A stretch of DNA of 64,000 nt from Lachnospiraceae bacterium (lineage in GTDB: Bacteria; Bacillota; Clostridia; Lachnospirales; Lachnospiraceae): contig JAFYZH010000057.1 in assembly GCA_017548765.1 (NCBI GenBank), positions 50,673 through 114,672 on the forward strand. Direction: 5' to 3'. Below are positions 46,362 to 55,571 of this stretch, one piece after another (the first letter of the stretch is position 1; each line of letters starts with the position of its first letter). Made by a program: the position numbers and the translations under genes. The notes under the pieces are model-generated. The model was not told where the DNA came from, ran no database searches, and worked only from the letters and a program-made list of their open reading frames with translations.

Positions 46362-47009
46362 ATGGAAGAGCAGAAGAAAAATCTGTTTGAGGAGGAACGC
46401 TGGCTGATCCCCGTGACGGGTATCCTGGTGGTGGTTTTCGGCGTTCTGGTTTACCTGGTCGTGTATTTGGGAGGCTATTCCGACGCGGCGATCGCCAAGA
46501 TCATCGGTACGGACCGGATGAAGCCGAAGTACGAAGACCTCGCGGATTATCAGGAGTTTAAGGATTTCGTCACCTACCAGCGCGCGCTCGGTGAGGAGGC
46601 GGACCTGAAGAATATTACACAGGTAGTCGATTTCGCGGACAATGTTTTCGTCGGCGTGGTAGAACGCTATGTCCGGACGAACGTCGGCGACTACCCGGAA
46701 ACGATCTATGCGGTGCGCGTGGTCGAAAACCTGAAAGGGGAATTGGAGAAGGACAGCGTAGTCGAGGTAACGAAGGTCGGCGGCTTGAACCGAAGCAACC
46801 GGCGTTACGTGCTGTTCGAAAACGATATCCTTCCGAGCGTCGGCTCGACCTACGTTTTCTCATCGCGGATCAGCATCGATAAGAATGATAAGCAGCAGTT
46901 GCGGTGTGCGCTCCCGAACATGACCGTTCGCCTGGCGGGTAAGGATTATCAGGACGATCCGACCTACATCCAGTACAGCGAAGCATGCAAAGCATTGGCC
47001 ACGGAATAA
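46362..47009 (+). CDS. single-pass membrane protein, unknown function
   Basis: AAGGAG RBS, an N-terminal TM anchor, and a soluble domain of about 170 aa. Confidence 0.5.
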   Translation: MEEQKKNLFEEERWLIPVTGILVVVFGVLVYLVVYLGGYSDAAIAKIIGTDRMKPKYEDLADYQEFKDFVTYQRALGEEADLKNITQVVDFADNVFVGVVERYVRTNVGDYPETIYAVRVVENLKGELEKDSVVEVTKVGGLNRSNRRYVLFENDILPSVGSTYVFSSRISIDKNDKQQLRCALPNMTVRLAGKDYQDDPTYIQYSEACKALATE

Positions 47010-47161
47010 TACCTTACGGCTTCTTACAAAACCTTTAAGAAAATATCAACTGCATTGAATTCGCAATGGGTCGATGTTAAAATGATCCACAGAAGGGGCT
47101 TTGTGTGCATTGCCCCGGATTTGATGCATTGCGGTTTATAAATTTGGAGGAGGACAAGGAA

Positions 47162-48331
47162 GTGATTCTTACCTATAAGTGCCCCGGATGCGCCGGCGCG
47201 ATGGCGTTTAACGAAGCAACCGGGAAGATGGAATGTCCGTTCTGCGGGCGCTCGGAGACCATCGAGACCATGCAGCAGATCTATCTCGAAGAGGAAGCAA
47301 AGGCTGAGGCTGCTGCGGCTGGCCAGGCGGAGAGCATCCACATCGATACGATCGATCTGGGCGCGGATATGATGGACTCCGCGTCGGCGGCTGTGGATTC
47401 TGCGTCTGCGGCAGTTTCGATCGAGCATACAGATGACCGCGAGCAGGTAGAGGAGGAGCAGATCCGACTGCGTTCCTACACGTGCTCCAGTTGCGGTGGC
47501 GAGATCCTGACGGATGATGTTACCGCGGCAACGTTCTGCAGTTACTGCGGAAACCCGACATTGATCGCGGAGCAGCTGACCGGACAGAAGCGCCCGGCTC
47601 GTCTGATCCCGTTCATGATCCAGAAAGATAAGGCGATCGAAGGCTTCCATGCATGGACGCATAAGGGTATCCTGACCCCGAGCACCTTCCGTTCGAAGAC
47701 CAACCTCGAGAAGACAGTAGGCCTCTACGTTCCGTTCTGGCTCTTTGACTATGGCGTTTTGGTGAATTATCAGGCCGACGGCCAGATCATTACCCACGAG
47801 ATCCGCGGAGATTACCGCTTGACGCACACCGATCACTACGATGTGCATCGTAAGATCCATGCGGAGTACGATATGGTGCCGGCGGATGCGTCGAAAGCCA
47901 TGGATGATAATATGATGGACTGCCTGGAGCCGTTCAACTATACGGCGATGAAGGCGTTCGAGATGCCGTATCTGTCCGGTTTCTATGCCGAGAAGAACAG
48001 CTACACGGATGAGGAGATGGCACCGCGCGTTAAGACACGTGTTGCCGGCTTCGGTGAGCAGCATGCGCGCGGAACGATAAAGGGCTACGCGAATGTGGTC
48101 ACGAAGGGTAAGGACATCCGGATGAGCCTGAAGAAGACGGAGTATGTGCTCCTTCCGGTTTGGGTCATCAACTATGAATACAAAGGGCAGCATTATACAT
48201 TTGCCATGAACGGACAGACCGGTAAGATGGTCGGCGTTCTGCCTGTCAGCAAAGCGAAGGCCGGGATCATGTTCGGATCGATCATGGCCGTGGTCTGGGG
48301 CTTATTAACAGCGTTCGGAGGTGTGTTCTGA
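47162..48331 (+). CDS. double zinc-ribbon protein with C-terminal TM anchor, unknown function
   Basis: A GTG at 47162 after GGAGGAGG is preferred to the ORF-track start at 47105. CPGC...CPFC and CSSC...CSYC ribbons. Hydrophobic C-terminal helix. Confidence 0.5.
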   Translation: MILTYKCPGCAGAMAFNEATGKMECPFCGRSETIETMQQIYLEEEAKAEAAAAGQAESIHIDTIDLGADMMDSASAAVDSASAAVSIEHTDDREQVEEEQIRLRSYTCSSCGGEILTDDVTAATFCSYCGNPTLIAEQLTGQKRPARLIPFMIQKDKAIEGFHAWTHKGILTPSTFRSKTNLEKTVGLYVPFWLFDYGVLVNYQADGQIITHEIRGDYRLTHTDHYDVHRKIHAEYDMVPADASKAMDDNMMDCLEPFNYTAMKAFEMPYLSGFYAEKNSYTDEEMAPRVKTRVAGFGEQHARGTIKGYANVVTKGKDIRMSLKKTEYVLLPVWVINYEYKGQHYTFAMNGQTGKMVGVLPVSKAKAGIMFGSIMAVVWGLLTAFGGVF

Positions 48332-49686
48332 TGAAGAAGAAAATACTATCCGTGATCTGCGCAGCGTTGGTCCTGATGTTTACGCTGCAACTTCCAGCAG
48401 GGAAGACATTTGCCGATTCCACCCGCTCGAATGTATACGATGAAAGCGGTTACCTTTCCTATGCAGAGGCGGAAGAGGTAGACGACCTGTATGACTCACT
48501 GCTGGCCGAAGTCGGCACGCAGTTTGTATTCCTGACGACCGATAAGGATCTTCCCACGGATGATACTATCCCGACGGATTTCCCTTATCTGAGTGAATAT
48601 CTCGATAGTTCCACACCGTGTGTTATCTTGATGATCAGCTATCTGTCGAACACCGCGACGATCCGTGTGACCGATCCGAATCTGACAGAGGAACAGCTGA
48701 ACAGCATGCTGGGCACCATGATCAACTATCTCAACCAGGGTGATGTGAAGATGGCCGCGTGCGAGGCGGCGATCGAAGCATCGGAGTACCTGATGCCGGA
48801 GTTCGATCCTGCTGCGTACAGAGACTGGATCTTGGGATCGGATACCACGTCCCAGAACAATACTACGAACAACTATGAAAATGCTTATGCAGGACGTCAT
48901 ATCGATGACCAGGTAGGCCTTCTGAGTCAGGAGGATGCTGAGCGGTTGGAGAAACTTCTTGCAGAGAAATCCGAGGAGATCGGTGTTGATATCATCTTCT
49001 TGTCTGAGAGCTATTTCTCCGATAATGCGGATTCGGCGTGTGCTCATTTGGGCGATGTGTGCCGGAATAAAGGCTACGGCTACGGCGACGAGCGCTACGT
49101 CATAATGTTTGCGATCAGTGTCAACAACCGTTATGCCATGGCTTATGAATGGTCGACAGATATCGAAAAATACCACCGTTATCTTCAGGTCGAGCTGGAT
49201 GATATCTTCGATGCGGTAAAACCGAACTTGTCGACGGGTATGAACAGCAGAGAGGCGCATTCGATGGATAGCTCCCGCGCAGCGTTTGCTAAAGCGGCTG
49301 AGACCTTCGTGGACTATGCGGTACGTCATGCAGACTTGGACAATGCTCCGTATGAGGCATATGACTACTCGGATGACTACGAAAGATACGACCTGGATGG
49401 GCATCGTGCCCCTCTTTGGGGAAGATTTGGACTTTTCGCACTGATCGGAGCAGGCATCGGCGGCATCGTGACCGGTTTCAGCGCAACGAAGCACAAACCG
49501 AAGACGGTCACCGATCCCGAAGTATATAACAACCGAAATGAATTCCAGATCTTAGAGAGCAGCGACAACTTCCGTGTACGTACCACCACGCGCGTTCGCA
49601 TTTCCAGTGAAAGCAGCGGTGGAGGCGGACACAGCCACGGTGGCGGCGGCGGTGGCGGCGGCCATGGATCAGGAGGACATTTTTAA
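48331..49686 (+). CDS. TPM-domain (YgcG-like) membrane protein, two TPM repeats and a Gly/His-rich tail
   Basis: The start overlaps the previous stop. Signal peptide. VYDESGYLSYAEAEEV...QFVFLTT and IDDQVGLLSQEDAERL...DIIFLSE are TPM-like. The tail is GGGGHSHGGGGGGGGHGSGGHF. Confidence 0.6.
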   Translation: MKKKILSVICAALVLMFTLQLPAGKTFADSTRSNVYDESGYLSYAEAEEVDDLYDSLLAEVGTQFVFLTTDKDLPTDDTIPTDFPYLSEYLDSSTPCVILMISYLSNTATIRVTDPNLTEEQLNSMLGTMINYLNQGDVKMAACEAAIEASEYLMPEFDPAAYRDWILGSDTTSQNNTTNNYENAYAGRHIDDQVGLLSQEDAERLEKLLAEKSEEIGVDIIFLSESYFSDNADSACAHLGDVCRNKGYGYGDERYVIMFAISVNNRYAMAYEWSTDIEKYHRYLQVELDDIFDAVKPNLSTGMNSREAHSMDSSRAAFAKAAETFVDYAVRHADLDNAPYEAYDYSDDYERYDLDGHRAPLWGRFGLFALIGAGIGGIVTGFSATKHKPKTVTDPEVYNNRNEFQILESSDNFRVRTTTRVRISSESSGGGGHSHGGGGGGGGHGSGGHF

Positions 49687-49712
49687 CAACAGGTCATACG
49701 TGGCGGAGGCGT

Positions 49713-49791
49713 GTTTCACACGCAAGGCCCTTGCAAGCTCGCTTGCATAAGGGCGCGACGTGTGAAACGTGGTCCTCTCCACGAGAGGACC
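49713..49791. other. two strong stem-loops after the TPM gene
   Basis: A nested hairpin: GTTTCACACG (49713-49722) with CGTGTGAAAC (49759-49768), enclosing GCCCTT/AAGGGC and GCAAGC/GCTTGC. GGTCCTCTC-cac-GAGAGGACC follows at 49771-49791. No T tract. Confidence 0.6.
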
Positions 49792-49893
49792 GCCCCCAAA
49801 TGAGCCGGACAGAAGCCCGAAGGGCGATTCTGCGTTAGCAGAAGGGACGGCGAATTGGGGGGAGACGACACGTAGACATAGAAAGGAAATCCT

Positions 49894-50163
49894 ATGTTAG
49901 CTGGTTGGAGTACCGGATATACGATAGCGACCGTTTTCATGGTCGTCTTGATCATAAGCCTTCTGGTAGCTTCTGACCGGGGGGACATAGAGATCCGTCG
50001 GCGCAGGCCGAAGGACGGACGGCGCAGTACATGGCGTGAGGCCGTGGCTGCCCGTAGAGAAGAAAGACAACTGGAGCGCGAAGAACGACGCGAGGAAAAG
50101 CGCCAGGAGCATGAGCGAAAGGCGGAAGAAAAACGTCGCGAACGCGAAGAGAAAGCAGAATAA
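49894..50163 (+). CDS. small membrane protein with Arg/Glu-rich tail (hypothetical)
   Basis: GAAAGGA RBS, one TM helix, then a highly charged R/E/K tail. Coding status uncertain. Confidence 0.35.
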   Translation: MLAGWSTGYTIATVFMVVLIISLLVASDRGDIEIRRRRPKDGRRSTWREAVAARREERQLEREERREEKRQEHERKAEEKRREREEKAE

Positions 50164-50205
50164 AAAAAGGAGGGGGGCGGAGAGGCTTCGCCCCGAAAGA
50201 CGAAC

Positions 50206-50730
50206 ATGGAGAAACAGAATCCGATCGTAACATTCCAAATGAATAGCGGCAAGGTCATCAAGGCGGAGCTTTATCCGGACATTGCCCCGAACACGGTCAA
50301 TAATTTCATCAGCCTGATCCAGAAGGGCTTTTATGACGGCGTGTGCTTCCACCGCGTCATCAACGGCTTTATGATCCAGGGCGGTGACCCGCAGGGCACC
50401 GGCATGGGCGGCCCCGGCTACAAGATCGCCGGCGAGTTCTCCCACAATGGTTTCAACAATCCGCTGAAGCATACCCCGGGCGTTCTGTCCATGGCTCGTT
50501 CCATGATGCCGAACTCCGCTGGTTCGCAGTTCTTCATCATGCATAAGACCTCCCCGCACCTCGACGGCGAGTACGCTGCGTTCGGTAAGGTCATCGAAGG
50601 CATGGACGTGGTCGACGAGATCGCTACGGTCCGCACGGATCGCAACGACCGCCCGCTCGAGCCTGTGATCATGGATAAGGTTACCGTTGACACTTTTGGC
50701 GTTACCTACCCGGAGGTAGTAAAATACTAA
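50206..50730 (+). CDS. ppiB: cyclophilin-type peptidyl-prolyl cis-trans isomerase
   Basis: FHRVINGFMIQGGDPQGTGMGGPGY and SMARS...GSQFFI are cyclophilin signatures. Confidence 0.85.
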   Translation: MEKQNPIVTFQMNSGKVIKAELYPDIAPNTVNNFISLIQKGFYDGVCFHRVINGFMIQGGDPQGTGMGGPGYKIAGEFSHNGFNNPLKHTPGVLSMARSMMPNSAGSQFFIMHKTSPHLDGEYAAFGKVIEGMDVVDEIATVRTDRNDRPLEPVIMDKVTVDTFGVTYPEVVKY

Positions 50731-50733
50731 AAT

Positions 50734-51564
50734 ATGGCCAGAGTATTTAACATGGAGGACGGAGGCCGCGTGCTGGTCCTGTCCGCGGAGGAAGGCATGG
50801 TCTCACATATGGCGCGTGGCGAATGTGTGATCGGCGTGCGTTCCGGAAGTGATCTTCCGCCGCTTCCCGGCGGTTGTTACCTGGTAGATGAAGAAGAGAG
50901 CGTAGATGCGGTCTTTGCGGATCGTGTCTACGCCCGCTTTCGTAATAAACCATGGAAGATCGGGGAAAATGATACGGTTTTGCTTCGGGAGTTTTCCGTC
51001 GACGATATCAGAGAGTTGTACCTTCTCGAACAGGAGATGCAGGCTTATCCGGCGGTATCGGGCATTCTGGGAGAACTTGCGGACACGCCGTGGGAGGGAC
51101 TGCCCGCGGACGTAAGGGAAGCATTGACCGCGAAGCTTTCTTCCTACATCGAACATCAATATGCTTTTTACGAATACGGCCTGTGGGGGATCTACCTCAG
51201 ATCGGAAGATCGCCTGATCGGTATGTGCGGATTTTCCGTGACGGAGGAGGGCGTTCCTTCGCTGGGATACTATGTCAGCCCGGCGTATCGGAGGCGCGGC
51301 ATAGCGACGCAGTGCTGCCGCATGGCGCTCGATTTTGTCGAGAACTGGGTGCAGACGGAAGAAGTCAGCGCGGATATCGACCGCGAGAATTTTGCGTCCC
51401 TGTGCATCGTTCGCGCGCTCGGATTTGTCGAGATGAAGGGCGATGGGCAGCGCCTGCAGTTCAGGAAGACATTGGCCGGAGATAAGACGGACCCGGACAG
51501 CCCGGAAGCAGGGGCGCTTTGGAATAAGATCCTGTCGGCTGCCGGAAAACAGTTTAGGAGATAG
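50734..51564 (+). CDS. GNAT-family N-acetyltransferase with N-terminal extension
   Basis: The C-terminal half has a RimJ/RimL-like GNAT core (YYVSPAYRRRGIATQCCRMALDFV). Confidence 0.6.
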   Translation: MARVFNMEDGGRVLVLSAEEGMVSHMARGECVIGVRSGSDLPPLPGGCYLVDEEESVDAVFADRVYARFRNKPWKIGENDTVLLREFSVDDIRELYLLEQEMQAYPAVSGILGELADTPWEGLPADVREALTAKLSSYIEHQYAFYEYGLWGIYLRSEDRLIGMCGFSVTEEGVPSLGYYVSPAYRRRGIATQCCRMALDFVENWVQTEEVSADIDRENFASLCIVRALGFVEMKGDGQRLQFRKTLAGDKTDPDSPEAGALWNKILSAAGKQFRR

Positions 51565-51570
51565 TTCATC

Positions 51571-52122
51571 ATGAATGACACGTTCCGCCGCTTTTGCGGA
51601 CATTTCACCACCATTACGAAACATCATCATCAGGTGTTCATCCACTGCGTGAAGGCGGGCATCCCGCTGCAGGGGCTGACGCACGATCTGTCGAAATATA
51701 CCCCGGAGGAGTTCATCCCGGGAGTGCGCTATTACACGGGCGTAAAGAGCCCGAACGAGGGAGAACGTAAGGATCTGGGTTACTCCCGTGCGTGGATGCA
51801 TCACAAAGGACGGAATAAACATCATTTTGAATACTGGTCGGATATCGACCCGGTGACACAGCGGTACGAGCCGGTGCCGATGCCCATGCGTTACGTGATC
51901 GAGATGTTCTGCGACCGCGTGGCGGCGAGTAAGGTCTACGCGCGCGGCAACTATAACGACACCATGCCGTTGGAATACTACCTGAAGAATAAGAAGTACT
52001 ACGTTGGTTACCTGCACCCGAAGTCCGCGAGGATCCTGGAGAAGCTCTTCCGCATGCTCGCGTCAGCCGGTGAGGTGAAGACATTTGCCTATATACGCTC
52101 CTTGCGGATCTACAAGATATGA
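51571..52122 (+). CDS. conserved hypothetical protein
   Basis: AGGAG RBS, 183 aa, His-rich segments (THDLSKY, WMHHKGRNKHHFEYW). Family not assigned with confidence. Confidence 0.5.
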   Translation: MNDTFRRFCGHFTTITKHHHQVFIHCVKAGIPLQGLTHDLSKYTPEEFIPGVRYYTGVKSPNEGERKDLGYSRAWMHHKGRNKHHFEYWSDIDPVTQRYEPVPMPMRYVIEMFCDRVAASKVYARGNYNDTMPLEYYLKNKKYYVGYLHPKSARILEKLFRMLASAGEVKTFAYIRSLRIYKI

Positions 52123-52997
52123 AGACGATCGAGATATTGGGCGATAATCGCTATGAAACATACACAAAAATACGAGAAGGCAGCCGTGCGGTGATCGAGC
52201 GGGACGGGAAACTCCTGCTTACATACGAGACGGTGTCCGGCTGGTGGCTCATCCCGGGCGGCGGCATCGAGGCGGGGGAAACACCGCAGATGTGCTGCGT
52301 ACGTGAAGTGGAAGAGGAGACCGGCTACATCGTCCGTCCGCTCCGTAAGTTCCTGACCATAAACGAATACTATGAGGAGTACCGCTACATTAGCCACTAT
52401 TTCATCTGCGAAGTGGTCGGCATTGGGAAAATGCACCTGACCGAACAGGAGGTCCGCCGCGGCGTAGAGCTTGCGTGGATCCCACTTTCCGAGGCGATCG
52501 ACGAGTTTTCCAAGCATGCAACCTACGCGGCGACCAGTGAAGAAAAACGCGGCTCCTACCAGCGGGAATATACTGCACTTTGCGAGTATTCGGCGCTGAT
52601 GGAGAATGAGGCCAGCGAGGACACACCCGTGACGGAGCGGCCGGAGTCGCCCTATGGCTATCTCGAATATACGACCGCGGATGGGTCGATCATGTATTAC
52701 ACCTACAAGGATAGCAGGTATACATTGACCTCGCAACCTTATGAACCGCTCATTTATGTTAAGGATGGCGGGACGCTGACTTGCATATTGCACATGGCGT
52801 TCAATACGGAGGAGCTCGTGGACGCGTTTTCCGATGGTGGGACCGTGAGGGCGGTCGACTGGGTGGATTACGACGAGAAGACGTTCTGCAAGATATTGGC
52901 CACGGCACTCGACAGCAAACGCAGTGAACTGGATTACACATACGCCGCGAGACTCGCGGGAGAGGGAAAGGCAAAGAAATGGCAAAACGAGAAGTGA
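52119..52997 (+). CDS. NUDIX hydrolase with C-terminal extension
   Basis: ATGA overlap with the previous gene. Nudix box GGGIEAGETPQMCCVREVEEETG. Confidence 0.65.
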   Translation: MKTIEILGDNRYETYTKIREGSRAVIERDGKLLLTYETVSGWWLIPGGGIEAGETPQMCCVREVEEETGYIVRPLRKFLTINEYYEEYRYISHYFICEVVGIGKMHLTEQEVRRGVELAWIPLSEAIDEFSKHATYAATSEEKRGSYQREYTALCEYSALMENEASEDTPVTERPESPYGYLEYTTADGSIMYYTYKDSRYTLTSQPYEPLIYVKDGGTLTCILHMAFNTEELVDAFSDGGTVRAVDWVDYDEKTFCKILATALDSKRSELDYTYAARLAGEGKAKKWQNEK

Positions 52998-53692
52998 TCG
53001 ATGGACGCCTCCACGTCGGGGATTGGATCTATGACGCGCCGGCGGCTGAACCCGACGCCGAAGGAAAAACCTTTCTGGCCGGCATGAAGAATACGTCCGA
53101 TGGTGAGTTTTACGAGCTGAGCCTGGATGAAGAAGGCTTCCCTTACGAGCGAAAATTCTGGGAAAATGATAAGCCGGTCGCGGTTATGTGGAAGCGAATG
53201 ACCCTGGATGCGTTCATTGAGAAACTCGAAGAATTTCGGTACGCAGTCATGGGTACCGCTTTGGAAACGTGGATCGCGACTTACGACGAAGCGGTCAAAA
53301 AAGCGTCCCTGGCCTACGCGAGCCTGCTGTCCGGCACCTATTACGGCAATCCTGCCATCACAAAGTTCGTTGTTTACGACCTATCCGCGGAAGACACGCC
53401 CATGCGCTTCCTGCCCGGAAACGGTAGCGATCCCGTCCGCCTGGAGAAATACATCTTCAAGAAAATGAAGGATGGAACGGTCGAACTCGAAGTCCAGATC
53501 GGCTGGCCCGCCGGCTCCCACTGGGACGGCTCCGGCTTCAACCGCGCCCTCCCCGCCGAATGGTTCACCCTCCCCTGGGACGATTTTCTGGATGCCCTCT
53601 GTAAGAGTTACCCCGCCGAGAAATATTCATACACGAAACCTGAACTGAAAAACACCGAAGGCCTCCGGGAATACCTCGGGATCAGAAAATAG
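52979..53692 (+). CDS. hypothetical protein
   Basis: 237-aa ORF overlapping the previous gene by 19 nt. No motif recognised. Confidence 0.45.
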   Translation: MAKREVIDGRLHVGDWIYDAPAAEPDAEGKTFLAGMKNTSDGEFYELSLDEEGFPYERKFWENDKPVAVMWKRMTLDAFIEKLEEFRYAVMGTALETWIATYDEAVKKASLAYASLLSGTYYGNPAITKFVVYDLSAEDTPMRFLPGNGSDPVRLEKYIFKKMKDGTVELEVQIGWPAGSHWDGSGFNRALPAEWFTLPWDDFLDALCKSYPAEKYSYTKPELKNTEGLREYLGIRK

Positions 53693-53710
53693 AATTATCG
53701 CAAATCAAAA

Positions 53711-53743
53711 GCCCGCATCTCATGGCGTCCATGAGATGCGGGC
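53711..53743. terminator. bidirectional terminator between convergent genes
   Basis: GCCCGCATCTCATGG, loop CGT, CCATGAGATGCGGGC. Confidence 0.7.
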
Positions 53744-53771
53744 TGAATTATTATCTTCGGTCCGGAATGGA

Positions 53772-54506
53772 TCATTCTGCGCTTTCTTCGGGGTCACATT
53801 TTCCGAGGGAGCGGATGTATTCAAAGAGTTTTATAACATTTTCCTCGTGGGGAGGGTAGATGTAGCAACCGACATAGAGCGAGGAAATGTCATCATAGCC
53901 GACCAGTTCCAGGGCCGTCGAGATCTTGTAGTCGTTAATGCGAAGGATCGTCTGCTCTTTCGTTACGGTCTCACCGGTATCTTCGTCCGTTTTGGTGAAG
54001 GTGCGGACGATGATGTCATCCTTAAAATACTCGTAGAGGTCAGCGGGCAGAAGCTCGCGGAGATCCCTCCAGAAGTGCTGCTTGCCGAAATGGTTTAAGC
54101 CGGCCTCGTCGGTGATCACATAGTCGAGCTGGTGCGCGACGATGTACATGACGATCTTCTGCTCGACCTCGTTGCTGTACTGGCCCATGAAGAGGCCGCG
54201 CTCCAGGAAGGTTTCTTCCTTCGGGCCGACGCCGACGTATTCGTCGAGATCCGCGCTGAATGTCTCAATATTATCGCAGGACAGATTCAGCACGATGCCG
54301 AAGAGAACGTCGTCCTTACGGTTTTTGTAGTGAAGGATGAGCGAAACGATGACTATGATCGCGATGGCAATGAAAATGATGTGTGCGGTATAGTAGTCGA
54401 AAATGTAGCCCACTTTCGCCTTAAAGCCTTTCAGCTCTTTTATCTTTTTGATCTCGCCTTTAAAGGTCTTGTTGACACTTTGGCGCTCTTTTTCCTGTTC
54501 AGTCAT
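53772..54506 (-). CDS. single-pass membrane protein, unknown function
   Basis: The ATG at 54506 (MTEQEKERQS) follows GGAG and is preferred to the longer ORF-track start at 54569. One TM helix. Confidence 0.5.
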   Translation of the reverse strand: MTEQEKERQSVNKTFKGEIKKIKELKGFKAKVGYIFDYYTAHIIFIAIAIIVIVSLILHYKNRKDDVLFGIVLNLSCDNIETFSADLDEYVGVGPKEETFLERGLFMGQYSNEVEQKIVMYIVAHQLDYVITDEAGLNHFGKQHFWRDLRELLPADLYEYFKDDIIVRTFTKTDEDTGETVTKEQTILRINDYKISTALELVGYDDISSLYVGCYIYPPHEENVIKLFEYIRSLGKCDPEESAE

Positions 54507-54641
54507 AAGAAACAACTCCAAAATCCAGAAAGTATGCGATGGACCGCCCTCCCAAAAGGGAGAATTCACGGCGAAATCGCGTCACTGACTATCATACCAT
54601 AAACTACAACGATTGTGTAGGGGAAAAAGATAATAAAAGGT

Positions 54642-54670
54642 TTGCATTTTCTTCTGCGGTTTGGTATAAT
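54642..54670 (+). promoter_or_regulatory. sigma-70-type promoter (extended -10)
   Basis: TTGCAT (54642-54647), 17 nt, TGgTATAAT (-10 at 54665-54670). Confidence 0.55.
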
Positions 54671-54711
54671 AAAGTAGTATATCATTTCCTGTTAGAAACA
54701 GAGGTAAGTTC

Positions 54712-55491
54712 ATGGGTGGATTGTTCAACGTTGATAACCCGTTTTGGACGTTTGTGGGGAAGTTGGCAGATGCCATGCTCCTCGGCGCATTATGGCTGGT
54801 GCTTTCGATCACGGTGATCGGCTACGGCCCTGCGACTACGGCGTTGTACTATGTCACGTTTAAGATGGTGCGCAACGAAGAGAACTACGTATATAAGATG
54901 TTCTTCAAATCCTTTAAGGAAAACTTCCGACAGGGCGCCATCATCGGAGTGATAAATCTCCTGTTGGCCTTCCTGATCGTTTTTGATCTTTGGGTATACT
55001 ACAATCAGGATACGAAGGCCAGCGCATATCTGTTCGTGCTGTTTCTGGCGTTTGCGTTTATTTGGATCATCGGCAGCATTTACATTTTCGCGATCCTTTC
55101 GAAGTTTTCGAACAGCGTAAAAGTAATGTATGTGATGTCGTTTGCGTTGTCCATTAAACACTTCGGAACGACGCTCATTTGCCTCGCGATCCTGGTAGGC
55201 TGCGCTGCGGCCGTGATCTTTATCCCGCCGTTGTTGGTTTTCATCGGCGGCGCGTGCATCTTCTTCATGGCTTTCCCGTTGCGGAAGATCATGGACATCT
55301 ACACACAGAAGATCCTGGACCAGCAAGCGGCAAATGCATACCCGTCCGACGAGAAAAAACAGTCGGAGGAGCATCCGGAAGATCCCTCGGGCGAAGAAGC
55401 CCCGGATGCAGAGGAAGTTGGTGAAACTTCGGAACCTTGGGATGATGTGCCTGAAGAGGACGCACCGACCGGGGACGAGGAAAATAATTAA
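54712..55491 (+). CDS. YesL-family (DUF624) membrane protein with acidic C-terminal tail
   Basis: The N-terminus FNVDNPFWTFVGKLADAMLLGALWLVLSITVIGYGPATTALYYV is typical of DUF624. Confidence 0.6.
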   Translation: MGGLFNVDNPFWTFVGKLADAMLLGALWLVLSITVIGYGPATTALYYVTFKMVRNEENYVYKMFFKSFKENFRQGAIIGVINLLLAFLIVFDLWVYYNQDTKASAYLFVLFLAFAFIWIIGSIYIFAILSKFSNSVKVMYVMSFALSIKHFGTTLICLAILVGCAAAVIFIPPLLVFIGGACIFFMAFPLRKIMDIYTQKILDQQAANAYPSDEKKQSEEHPEDPSGEEAPDAEEVGETSEPWDDVPEEDAPTGDEENN

Positions 55492-55571
55492 AGATAATGA
55501 AGCGGATCGATGCCGGAAGTAGGGCCGGTGTTGATGCGATCTACATTAAGGGAGGAAAGGAGGTGCCAGAC

